A DNA stretch of 64,000 bases from assembly GCF_001677475.2 (NCBI RefSeq), contig NZ_CP015229.1; one strand, given 5' to 3'. Position 1 is the first letter of the stretch, and each line of letters opens with the position of its first letter. This stretch comes from Escherichia coli (GTDB taxonomy: Bacteria > Pseudomonadota > Gammaproteobacteria > Enterobacterales > Enterobacteriaceae). Shown piece by piece: positions 17,737 to 26,562 of this stretch. The notes below the pieces were generated by a model. It had not been told where the DNA came from. It searched no databases and saw only the letters and a list, made by a program, of their open reading frames with translations. Both the position numbers and the translations under genes were made by a program.

Positions 17737-18459
17737 ATGAAACCGGCAAGAGTCCCTCAAACTGTCGTGGCTCCTGATTGCTGGGGCGATTTGCCCTGGG
17801 GAGAGCTTTATCGCAAGGCGCTGGAGCGCCAGCTCAACCCGTGGTTCACTAAAATGTATGGTTTTCATCTGCTTAAGATTGGCAATTTAAGCGCAGAAAT
17901 CAATTGCGAAGCGTGCGCGGTTTCTCATCAAGTGAATGTTTCTGCGCAAGGAATGCCCGTCCAGGTGCAGGCGGACCCACTTCATCTTCCTTTTGCCGAT
18001 AAATCCGTTGATGTGTGTCTACTGGCACATACATTGCCGTGGTGCACCGATCCGCATCGTTTATTGCGTGAAGCCGATCGGGTATTGATTGATGATGGCT
18101 GGCTGGTGATTAGTGGCTTCAATCCCATAAGTTTAATGGGATTACGAAAACTTGTGCCGGTATTGCGCAAAACCTCGCCCTATAACAGCCGGATGTTTAC
18201 TCTGATGCGGCAGCTGGACTGGCTCTCTTTGTTGAATTTTGAAGTGCTACACGCCAGCCGTTTCCACGTTCTCCCGTGGAACAAACACGGTGGAAAACTA
18301 TTGAATGCGCATATTCCTGCGCTTGGTTGCTTACAACTTATTGTCGCCCGGAAACGGACTATTCCTTTAACGCTAAATCCGATGAAACAGAGTAAAAACA
18401 AGCCACGAATTCGCCAGGCGGTTGGAGCCACCCGGCAATGTCGTAAACCACAGGTTTAA
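17737..18459 (+). CDS. yafS: Class I SAM-dependent methyltransferase-like protein YafS
   Basis: ORF 17719..18459; [14 protein letters not shown]... start at 17737 matches recalled K-12 N-terminus. Confidence 0.8.
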   Translation: MKPARVPQTVVAPDCWGDLPWGELYRKALERQLNPWFTKMYGFHLLKIGNLSAEINCEACAVSHQVNVSAQGMPVQVQADPLHLPFADKSVDVCLLAHTLPWCTDPHRLLREADRVLIDDGWLVISGFNPISLMGLRKLVPVLRKTSPYNSRMFTLMRQLDWLSLLNFEVLHASRFHVLPWNKHGGKLLNAHIPALGCLQLIVARKRTIPLTLNPMKQSKNKPRIRQAVGATRQCRKPQV

Positions 18460-18923
18460 ACTTCGACTTGATAGCCCGTATCTTCCAGTGTGGGATTCAT
18501 CGCTGCGGCACGAGCCAGTTCATCGCAACGTTCGTTTTCCGGGTGTCCGGCATGGCCTTTAACCCATTCCCATTTGATTTGATGCTGCCCCAACGCAGCA
18601 TCAAGACGTTGCCAGAGATCGACATTTTTTACTGGTTTTTTGTCTGCTGTTTTCCAGCCACGTTTTTTCCAGTTATGGATCCACTGGGTGATACCCTGGC
18701 GGACATACTGGCTGTCGGTACTCAAAATGACTTCGCAATGTTCTTTTAACGCCTCCAGCGCGATAATAGCGGCCATCAACTCCATACGGTTGTTGGTGGT
18801 GCGGGTGTAGCCTGCGCTAAAGGTTTTCTCGCGTCCGCGATAGCGTAAAATAGCGCCGTAACCCCCAGGTCCAGGATTGCCCAGACACGAACCATCGGTG
18901 AAAATTTCTACCTGTTTAAGCAT
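18456..18923 (-). CDS. rnhA: Ribonuclease HI
   Basis: [35 protein letters not shown]...; 155 aa from internal Met of the longer ORF. Confidence 0.93.
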   Translation of the reverse strand: MLKQVEIFTDGSCLGNPGPGGYGAILRYRGREKTFSAGYTRTTNNRMELMAAIIALEALKEHCEVILSTDSQYVRQGITQWIHNWKKRGWKTADKKPVKNVDLWQRLDAALGQHQIKWEWVKGHAGHPENERCDELARAAAMNPTLEDTGYQVEV

Positions 18924-18987
18924 CTCTGGTAGACTTCCTGTAATTGAATCGAACTGTAAAACGACAAGTCTGACATAAATGACCGCT

Positions 18988-19719
18988 ATGAGCACTGCAA
19001 TTACACGCCAGATCGTTCTCGATACCGAAACTACCGGTATGAACCAGATTGGTGCGCACTATGAAGGCCACAAGATCATTGAGATTGGTGCCGTTGAAGT
19101 GGTGAACCGTCGCCTGACGGGCAATAACTTCCATGTTTATCTCAAACCCGATCGGCTGGTGGATCCGGAAGCCTTTGGCGTACATGGTATTGCCGATGAA
19201 TTTTTGCTCGATAAGCCCACGTTTGCCGAGGTAGCCGATGAGTTCATGGACTATATTCGCGGCGCGGAGTTGGTGATCCATAACGCAGCGTTCGATATCG
19301 GCTTTATGGACTACGAGTTTTCGTTGCTTAAGCGCGATATTCCGAAGACCAATACCTTCTGTAAGATCACCGATAGCCTTGCGGTGGCGAGGAAAATGTT
19401 TCCCGGTAAGCGCAACAGCCTCGATGCGTTATGTGCCCGCTACGAAATAGATAACAGTAAACGAACGCTGCACGGGGCATTACTCGATGCCCAGATCCTT
19501 GCGGAAGTTTATCTGGCGATGACTGGTGGTCAAACGTCGATGGCTTTTGCGATGGAAGGAGAGACACAACAGCAACAAGGTGAAACAACAATTCAGCGCA
19601 TTGTGCGTCAGGCAAGTAAGTTACGCGTTGTTTTTGCGACAGATGAAGAGCTTGCGGCACATGAAGCCCGTCTCGATCTGGTGCAGAAAAAGGGCGGAAG
19701 CTGCCTCTGGCGGGCATAA
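18988..19719 (+). CDS. dnaQ: DNA polymerase III epsilon subunit (3'-5' proofreading exonuclease)
   Basis: [19 protein letters not shown]...; Exo motifs DTETTG, HNAAFD; divergent from rnhA. Confidence 0.93.
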   Translation: MSTAITRQIVLDTETTGMNQIGAHYEGHKIIEIGAVEVVNRRLTGNNFHVYLKPDRLVDPEAFGVHGIADEFLLDKPTFAEVADEFMDYIRGAELVIHNAAFDIGFMDYEFSLLKRDIPKTNTFCKITDSLAVARKMFPGKRNSLDALCARYEIDNSKRTLHGALLDAQILAEVYLAMTGGQTSMAFAMEGETQQQQGETTIQRIVRQASKLRVVFATDEELAAHEARLDLVQKKGGSCLWRA

Positions 19720-19851
19720 ATACCTGTAAAAGGCGCTAAAAATAGCGACTTGGGCGATTTTTGCAGCAAACGATTCAAAAGATGAGAAAAACCGTTGACG
19801 AAGGGTGAGGCAATCCGTAATATTCGCCTCATTCCCAACGGAACACAACGC

Positions 19852-19928
19852 GGAGCGGTAGTTCAGTCGGTTAGAATACCTGCCTGTCACGCAGGGGGTC
19901 GCGGGTTCGAGTCCCGTCCGTTCCGCCA
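19852..19928 (+). tRNA. aspV: tRNA-Asp (GTC); integration site of the downstream island
   Basis: 77-nt sequence identical to aspU; followed by a hairpin terminator. Confidence 0.97.
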
Positions 19929-19937
19929 ATATTCAGA

Positions 19938-19975
19938 AAGCCCGAATCAGTAATGATTCGGGCTTTCGTCGTTTT
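19938..19975 (+). terminator. Rho-independent terminator after aspV
   Basis: aaagcccgaatc-agtaa-tgattcgggcttt followed by T-rich tract. Confidence 0.75.
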
Positions 19976-20059
19976 GGTGAAGCGAGAATTTTTCACTCCG
20001 CAAGTAAAACGAATATGATTTAAAAAATGGCCAGATAATATAAATTCTGGCCACTTCTG

Positions 20060-21106
20060 TTACTCCAGCGCATCCCATTTTTCCAGCAGTTCTACTGGAA
20101 TTTCATTTATTACCTCCGAGAAGCGTTTTCCGACCAGGCGTTCTGCCTGGCGCAGCAAAGGAATGGTCGGGCTGCTCGGTTCGCTGTGCTCAAACCAGCG
20201 ACGGATGACACGCAGGCGTTCCAGCGCGTCGTTCCGGTCGCGGATCTGCCGGGGTTCTGCGCCGGACATCGGTGATATTTCCTCCGCGATATGCACCGGT
20301 AGCGCAATCTGCTCTGATGATATCTCTTCAGTATGAACGATGGTGGTGCTCTCCGGCTGTTCAGCCACTGGTTGTGGCAGGATCTCCGGCGTGGTGGTCC
20401 GTATCGCTCCCGGCAACAGGGCCAGCAATTGTGTCAGACGGGATAGGTTCGGTGCCTGGTCATTCAGCGTTTCACGCGCATGGCGTTGCAGCCGCTCAGT
20501 GGTCTCTGCGGCCTGGCGAAAGGCATCCAGCGGCAGTGTGCCGCGCGCCTCCAGGTCGGCCAGTTGCTGGCGTACCGATTCTGGTGCCAGCGCATCCGCC
20601 GGGCGTGATGCAGACAGCGAACGCTCCACATCCCGTACCTGAAGGCGTATGGCAGCATTGTTTGACAGTGTAATGCCACGAATATCCGCTATTACGCCTT
20701 CATGGTCCAGCAACGCCGCCAGGGCGTTACTACGTGCCACTGCCGCCTCTTCGGCGGTGATATCTTCAGTCGCGAGCAGTTGAGGATGGATGGCGTTCGG
20801 GTACGTGGCGCACAACGTTTCCAGCAGCGCGAGCGCCTCCGCCAGTCCCCTGGCACCGGCCTGCTGGATACGGCAGCGCAGCAGGACAACCAGAATGCGG
20901 ATATCTTTGCTGCGCGTCAGCAGGCGGCAGGCATCCCGCTCAAGCTCCGCCCAGTTAATGGTTTCCGGCGTACTGACAAAATCGCCGTATTGCGCTTCTT
21001 CACGCGGTGCGGCGCGCGTGAACAGTAGCAGGTATTCCGGATCGTACTCCAGATCCGGGCCGCAGGGGCATTCTGCCGAAATTGGGTCAGACAGGGATGT
21101 ATCCAT
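20060..21106 (-). CDS. tssA: Type VI secretion protein TssA (ImpA-family N-terminal domain)
   Basis: 348-aa ORF at end of the tssE-F-G operon; size and context fit ImpA/TssA; family assignment from recall only. Confidence 0.6.
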   Translation of the reverse strand: MDTSLSDPISAECPCGPDLEYDPEYLLLFTRAAPREEAQYGDFVSTPETINWAELERDACRLLTRSKDIRILVVLLRCRIQQAGARGLAEALALLETLCATYPNAIHPQLLATEDITAEEAAVARSNALAALLDHEGVIADIRGITLSNNAAIRLQVRDVERSLSASRPADALAPESVRQQLADLEARGTLPLDAFRQAAETTERLQRHARETLNDQAPNLSRLTQLLALLPGAIRTTTPEILPQPVAEQPESTTIVHTEEISSEQIALPVHIAEEISPMSGAEPRQIRDRNDALERLRVIRRWFEHSEPSSPTIPLLRQAERLVGKRFSEVINEIPVELLEKWDALE

Positions 21107-21116
21107 TAAATTATCC

Positions 21117-22112
21117 TCAGTGCGCCAGGTAGTGTTCTGGTTCGAAAATCATGCCCGTCACCGGGTTTTCGTGCATGGCTTTACCCGCCCATGCGGTCCA
21201 GCCCAGTTGGTACGAACCACCGGTAACAGCCGGAGGGGCGGCGTGGGGCTTTAGCTGTAGCTCAATTTCCCAGCAGTATTCAAAACCGCTAAAGGAGCGG
21301 ACCAGTTCTGTCAGGACTGGCAGGTTATTGCCGCCAGGCAGAAAACGTCGGTAATCCTCCAGCGTCAGCGGGCCGATAACCAGCCGGAACTTATACTGCA
21401 TGTCCGGCACGGCCTGGCCGATGAGTGCACCGTTGCCAATAACGGAAGAGGGGGCTGGCATCCCCAGCCGGGTGATCTCATCGTCCGCCACGGCTATCCA
21501 GTGCAGGACATACTCCTGTATCCGGAAAGGTACACCGAAATAGTGCGCCAGCGTGGTGGCCAGACCGTCCGGATTGCGGGACTCACGCACCAGATGGGCC
21601 GATGCCGCCAGGCGAGCGTGATCCTGCAACGGGCTGTCGGCGCTCTCCCGCAAATCCTGCCCGCTGAGGCTGGCGATATAAAAGGCAAAACGGTCATGTT
21701 GCGGTTTATCCAGACCGCCCCCAGCGGACTGGGCGCTGCGCCATGCCTGGTAAAACTGCGTCAGCCAGCGGTGATGAAAAAGATCAGAAAAACGGGTTAG
21801 CGTCGGGTCTCTTCGGCTTTCAGTCCGGTTGTGCGCCAGTTCGGTGTAGTGCAGCGGCAGTGGACCGTTCGGCCCCCACAGCCCGAGACTGTACAAACTG
21901 ATATGCAGCCGCTCTTCCTGCCAGCTCACACTGGCGATTTCCCGTGGCGCAAAGGTCAGCGCGGGAGTTTGTCCGAGGCGAAATTTTTCCATCCGTGGTT
22001 GCCAGGTGTTGCCTGCCGGAACAGTACACAACTGCACATCCACGCGGCGCATCAGGTTCAGAAAACCGTAACGCCAGGGGGTTTCCTGCGCCTGAGTGAA
22101 ATCGTCGCTCAT
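21117..22112 (-). CDS. tssG: Type VI secretion baseplate protein TssG
   Basis: 331-aa ORF, 4-nt overlap with tssF; canonical tssE-tssF-tssG order. Confidence 0.8.
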   Translation of the reverse strand: MSDDFTQAQETPWRYGFLNLMRRVDVQLCTVPAGNTWQPRMEKFRLGQTPALTFAPREIASVSWQEERLHISLYSLGLWGPNGPLPLHYTELAHNRTESRRDPTLTRFSDLFHHRWLTQFYQAWRSAQSAGGGLDKPQHDRFAFYIASLSGQDLRESADSPLQDHARLAASAHLVRESRNPDGLATTLAHYFGVPFRIQEYVLHWIAVADDEITRLGMPAPSSVIGNGALIGQAVPDMQYKFRLVIGPLTLEDYRRFLPGGNNLPVLTELVRSFSGFEYCWEIELQLKPHAAPPAVTGGSYQLGWTAWAGKAMHENPVTGMIFEPEHYLAH

Positions 22113-23992
22113 ACGCTTCCCCGCTGTCCCGCCCTGGCAGGCCAGGTCATAATTTTGCCGCGCTGCATGCTGTGCAGCGTCATCTGCGAGAAGGTATTAA
22201 TGGAAACATGACGGGCGATATAGTGCTCCAACACCAGACCGAACAGATACGGACTGATACCGGAGAACCCCTCCTCATCCACGGTCAGTTCACAACTGAC
22301 GCCGCGCCCATAGACCAGCAGCCCGGAACCGGGCAGACGGCGGGTGACCGGGGTGGTGTTGCAGCCAATCAGGCTGCGCACCTGGCGCGACTGCGGACTG
22401 TCATGCGCCGGAATAAACAGGTTAAGCAGATCGCGCAGCGCCTGACCACCGGTACGGTGATCCAGATCGGCCAGCGGCAGATAGTTAAAGGATAACTGGC
22501 GGATCAACCGCCAGGCCATTTCACGTTCAGCCAGCGGAGGCTGCGGCGGACGCGGCGGACGGATAAGCCCCACGCCCGCCACCGGGATGGCCGCATCCAC
22601 GGTCAGATCGTCCCGTCCATTGCGGGCAATAAGACAGGGCAGATCGCGGTTGGTGACCATAGCCGTGATGGTGATATGGCGCAGATTTTCCGGGTATGGC
22701 GCTTCATACTGGTCAACCAGCGACAGGAACACTTCTGATCCTGTATAGGAGGTGCGGGTGCCATAGCGGCGGGCATTTTCCGACAACCGGCGCGGCTCCC
22801 GGCGCAGGGAAAAATAACGTCCGTGATTGCCTTCATCATTATTGCGGGTGTGGTAGAGCGGGCGAAAGGCCATCTTCCGTGTGGTGTCAGTTTCCAGCCC
22901 TTCCACTTCCTGGACCGAGAACACCTCATAATCCAGCGGATGGGTTCTGTCCACCACCAGATGCTGTTCCGTCGTGCTGTGCGTGACATCGATCCGGGCG
23001 GCGACTCGGGGAAACAGGTTGATAACCGGGGTACAGAACAGACTGAACTGTGCCGCGTTTGTCTGGTGGATCAGCCAGTCCGGCGGCAGGCGGTTCAGCA
23101 GGATAACAATCTCCGCCACTCCGCCTTCAATTTTCTGTAACCCGGCAGACAGGCCTGTCGGGGTGAAAAAAAAGAAGCGTTCCGGACAGGTAAAATATTC
23201 ATGTAGCAGGTTATGGCCGTGAAACACATTCCACGCCAGCGGCAACAGTCCCTGATCCGGATCCAGGCCTTCGTACATAACGGGCTGTTTCAGATTCACA
23301 TCCAGTGCGCCGTCAAAATGCCCCGGAATGCCAGCCAGGCTCGCGATGGCGCTGGTATGCAGTAGTTCGAACAGGTGTGAGGCCGTGCGCTCCTCGCCGC
23401 AGAGATAAAATGGTAGCTTGTTCAGCCCTGCAAGCTGACTGAACGTCAGTTCACCAAAGGTGCGCAGGGTAATACGCAGCGCACCAGCGACGTGAATGTT
23501 GGCTGGCAGGTAGCGGTGCAGGGCAGGCATATCCGGCGGCGCGGCGGTCAGGCGCACCTCTTCGATGGCAAGCGGCCACAGCGTCACATTCTGGCTGCTA
23601 CGAAACTGGCAGGCAGTACTTTCGCCTTCCGGAATGGCGGAAAAAAAGGCCGTGTTGCGCGGGACGGTGAATCCCTTCGCCAGATCGCCTTCTTCCGGAT
23701 CGGGATGAAGCTGCGCCACGCTCATTGAGGGCGTGGGTGTGACGTAATTGGGGCTGACCACTTCCAGCAGGCGCTGGGTGAAACGGGGGAATTCAGCGTC
23801 AATTTTTAGCTGCGTGCGGGCGGTCAGGAAGCTGAAGGCCTCGACCATTCGCTCCACATACGGATCGGCAATATCCGTTCCCTGCATACCCAGTCGGGCG
23901 GCGACTTTAGGATGACGGGCGGCAAATTCGGCTCCCGTTTCCCGCAGATAGCTCAGTTCGCGGTTGTAGTATTCCAGTAGCCGTGGATCCAT
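22109..23992 (-). CDS. tssF: Type VI secretion baseplate protein TssF
   Basis: 627-aa ORF; length and operon position. Confidence 0.85.
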   Translation of the reverse strand: MDPRLLEYYNRELSYLRETGAEFAARHPKVAARLGMQGTDIADPYVERMVEAFSFLTARTQLKIDAEFPRFTQRLLEVVSPNYVTPTPSMSVAQLHPDPEEGDLAKGFTVPRNTAFFSAIPEGESTACQFRSSQNVTLWPLAIEEVRLTAAPPDMPALHRYLPANIHVAGALRITLRTFGELTFSQLAGLNKLPFYLCGEERTASHLFELLHTSAIASLAGIPGHFDGALDVNLKQPVMYEGLDPDQGLLPLAWNVFHGHNLLHEYFTCPERFFFFTPTGLSAGLQKIEGGVAEIVILLNRLPPDWLIHQTNAAQFSLFCTPVINLFPRVAARIDVTHSTTEQHLVVDRTHPLDYEVFSVQEVEGLETDTTRKMAFRPLYHTRNNDEGNHGRYFSLRREPRRLSENARRYGTRTSYTGSEVFLSLVDQYEAPYPENLRHITITAMVTNRDLPCLIARNGRDDLTVDAAIPVAGVGLIRPPRPPQPPLAEREMAWRLIRQLSFNYLPLADLDHRTGGQALRDLLNLFIPAHDSPQSRQVRSLIGCNTTPVTRRLPGSGLLVYGRGVSCELTVDEEGFSGISPYLFGLVLEHYIARHVSINTFSQMTLHSMQRGKIMTWPARAGQRGSV

Positions 23993-24007
23993 CGGTTTCT
24001 CTCTGAA

Positions 24008-24502
24008 TTAAAAAAACGTAATGCGGCTCTGTTCCATATCCAGCGCGCTGCGTACCCGGAATGCCATCGGGTAGGGCTGCGTGAGGATCTCGCCGCGAAT
24101 TTCAAACTGTAATGTGTTATGGCCGCTCTGGTGGCGCTCATCCTGAAGTGGGATGATTTGCAGGGGGGACGCTTTCAGCCGGGGTTCAAACCGGATGATG
24201 GTACGCAAAATGGCCCTGTGAATATCGTCCCACTTGTGTTCATACAGAAAGCTGCCCGCCAGTGGCGGCAGGCCGTAGTTCAGTACGGACGCTGCCGCGT
24301 GCGGATAACGTGCAGCATCAATATCATCTTCATGGCTGACGGTGTTGAGCAGAAATGACAAATCCCGGCGAATGATCTCCTTAAGCTGAACCGGGCTGAC
24401 GCTGATATCGTGGTCGCGTTTCTGGTTTGGGGCATCATCACACAGGCGGTCAAACAGCGTGGGCAGCAGGTGATTGCCCGGACGCTGGCGGGAAGCGCTC
24501 AC
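24008..24502 (-). CDS. tssE: Type VI secretion baseplate protein TssE (phage gp25-like)
   Basis: 164-aa ORF; gp25/GPW-like size and sequence (LKEIIRRDLSFLLNT). Confidence 0.85.
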   Translation of the reverse strand: MSASRQRPGNHLLPTLFDRLCDDAPNQKRDHDISVSPVQLKEIIRRDLSFLLNTVSHEDDIDAARYPHAAASVLNYGLPPLAGSFLYEHKWDDIHRAILRTIIRFEPRLKASPLQIIPLQDERHQSGHNTLQFEIRGEILTQPYPMAFRVRSALDMEQSRITFF

Positions 24503-25329
24503 GCGTCGCTTCCTTCAGCGGTGTTAAAGGTACAGGTGGACAAATCCAGCAGGCTGATATCGCCGTGACCGGTGAGCCACACCCTCTGACCCAGCGCCTG
24601 TACCAGAGTCTCTCCCGGCCCGTCCTGCCAGACCGTTTTCCGGCACAGACGCAGGGAGTCGGCAGCCTTTTCAGAGCCGCTGTAGCGGGAAAACAGCCAG
24701 GCACTGTGTGTGTCGCCATTATTCAGTGTGACGTTGACGGGTTTCCAGATCAAATCGGTCAGATGCGCAGGCCGCGGCGATTTTAGCGAACAGATTTGTG
24801 AAAACGGCAACCAGATATATACTCCGCCCGCGATGAGTTCGAGTACCGGACCGGTACGGGAGTCGCTGTCGCTAATCCAGTCAAATGCGCCGCCATTCCA
24901 CTGTCCTGCAGTATCTGTTATGGCCTCAAGTGCGCGGCTGCGGTGGGCGTCAGCTTCCTGCGCTTCACCACGGGCGTTACAGGCGAGGGCGGTCAGCAGA
25001 TCCTCCATCCAGGCGGGCGGCGGGAGAATAAAATCGGGCCGCTGTTCTCCCTGAAAGCAGGCGTGGCGGTATATCTCACAGCGGATCAGCTCGCCAAATA
25101 CCTGCGCTTCGCGGGTATAATTTGCGTCCATCCGGGCGCATAGCTGGATCTGTTGCAGTGCCCGCGACCAGTCGCCTGCCACGCACAATAACTGAAACAG
25201 GCTGTGGCGGCGGGAGGCCTGCGCCGGGGGCATCCTGACCTGCTGCTCTGCCATCTGAATGCCCTCCGCCACGGAATAATCCCGCAGCAGCGCCGACAGG
25301 GTAGCCGGTAGCTCGTTATTGTTTGTCAT
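24499..25329 (-). CDS. tagJ: T6SS accessory protein TagJ (ImpE family)
   Basis: 276-aa ORF, 4-nt overlap with tssE; size and context fit ImpE/TagJ. Confidence 0.55.
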   Translation of the reverse strand: MTNNNELPATLSALLRDYSVAEGIQMAEQQVRMPPAQASRRHSLFQLLCVAGDWSRALQQIQLCARMDANYTREAQVFGELIRCEIYRHACFQGEQRPDFILPPPAWMEDLLTALACNARGEAQEADAHRSRALEAITDTAGQWNGGAFDWISDSDSRTGPVLELIAGGVYIWLPFSQICSLKSPRPAHLTDLIWKPVNVTLNNGDTHSAWLFSRYSGSEKAADSLRLCRKTVWQDGPGETLVQALGQRVWLTGHGDISLLDLSTCTFNTAEGSDA

Positions 25330-26230
25330 GAGATATCTCTCCGTGTTGTGCCGGGTTTATCCGATAATGGCTGTCAATGCCAATGATGCGATGCTCTTTG
25401 CGTGTCAGGTCGGGTAGAACGGTGTTATGCGCTGTTTCCGGTGCGCATTCCGGGGATAGCAGGTGCAGGATATCTGGGGGCGTCTTTTCGGCAGGCCAGG
25501 CGGTTTCCCCTTCGCCGGTGGCGTCCAGGACATCGAGAATAGCGTCAATGCTTAACCCGCCAGTGACCATATCCTGCAATGTCTCGGCTTCAGTGACCAG
25601 ATCACGCAATGAATCCAGATCCTGTGAGGAGGGCTCTTCGTTAAAGGGAAAAGGATCAGCATGGCGATGAAGATCTTGTTCAGGAGATAACAACGCCTCG
25701 CGGTATTCCTGATAAAGTCGAGTCAGGGCATTTTCTTTTTTAGCATCTTCTCCAGTGGAGGAGGCTCCATGAACAGGAATGATATCGAATGGATTTTGTG
25801 ATGTCAGATGCTGCTGCCTGAACCAATCCAGATCCAGATATTCGGTTATTGTTTCCGACATGGTGGCAGTCTGCGATGTCGTTTTTACTGCGCTCAGGTC
25901 CGGAGATGATGGATTGCCGTGCACAAGGCACCATGAAGATAACCCCCATTCTATCAGGTCGCCTTCATTCAGACGCATACGGTGATGAGGTTCCACAATC
26001 TGGTCGTTTACCGTACAGCAATATTCGGTAGACTGATTGATAATCCACCATGCTTCTTCGTGGCGGGTCAGACTGAGGGCAATCTTTACATCATCATTCA
26101 CCTCAAAAACAGGAATCCAGGGTGAGGTAACGGTGAAGATAATTTGGGTTCCTTCAGTCGCGTAAATTGTGTTATCGGCGATCCCGTGCGCCTGTATTTT
26201 TTGGAGTCCCCACGTAATATTTGGTTTCAT
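25316..26230 (-). CDS. T6SS-associated FHA-domain-like protein (first gene of leftward operon)
   Basis: 304-aa ORF; N-terminal region loosely FHA-like (…CTVNDQIVEPHHRMRLNEGDLIEWG…), acidic C-terminal half; divergent from clpV. Confidence 0.4.
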   Translation of the reverse strand: MKPNITWGLQKIQAHGIADNTIYATEGTQIIFTVTSPWIPVFEVNDDVKIALSLTRHEEAWWIINQSTEYCCTVNDQIVEPHHRMRLNEGDLIEWGLSSWCLVHGNPSSPDLSAVKTTSQTATMSETITEYLDLDWFRQQHLTSQNPFDIIPVHGASSTGEDAKKENALTRLYQEYREALLSPEQDLHRHADPFPFNEEPSSQDLDSLRDLVTEAETLQDMVTGGLSIDAILDVLDATGEGETAWPAEKTPPDILHLLSPECAPETAHNTVLPDLTRKEHRIIGIDSHYRINPAQHGEISHDKQ

Positions 26231-26562
26231 TGTGTATCACTGTGTAGAATGTTTCTTTCAAAAGAATAAGTTTTCTAAATTTTTAGATAAGCAATGCTGA
26301 TTAATTTACTTTATCAATATAAGTTTTCGCGGAAATATATAGTGGCGATTTTCAATTTAATATATTCATGGTATGTATGAAATTGGCTTGCTCTATTGAA
26401 TATCACCATGAAAAAGATACTACCTGCTATATTACATTGTGTTCTGTGATATGCATCATTGTTTCATTCGGCCTTTTTGATAATTCTATTAATTAGAAGT
26501 TTTAATCGATACAGTTATGTTTATGTATCATTTATATGTTCTTACATCATTAGGTGTAACAG

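Noticed and set aside
19929-20059. Integrase or direct repeat of the aspV 3' end marking the island boundary
   Set aside because: No integrase ORF follows aspV and no copy of the tRNA 3' end was found near 53600..53680; the right boundary is defined by the H-repeat remnant instead.
20110-26031. Antisense and nested ORFs within the tssA–tssG–tssF–tssE–tagJ–FHA operon (e.g. 20272..20673, 20790..21254, 21831..22211, 22603..22989, 24427..24786, 25377..25670)
   Set aside because: Overlap longer, syntenic T6SS genes on the opposite strand or in another frame; typical GC-rich spurious frames.
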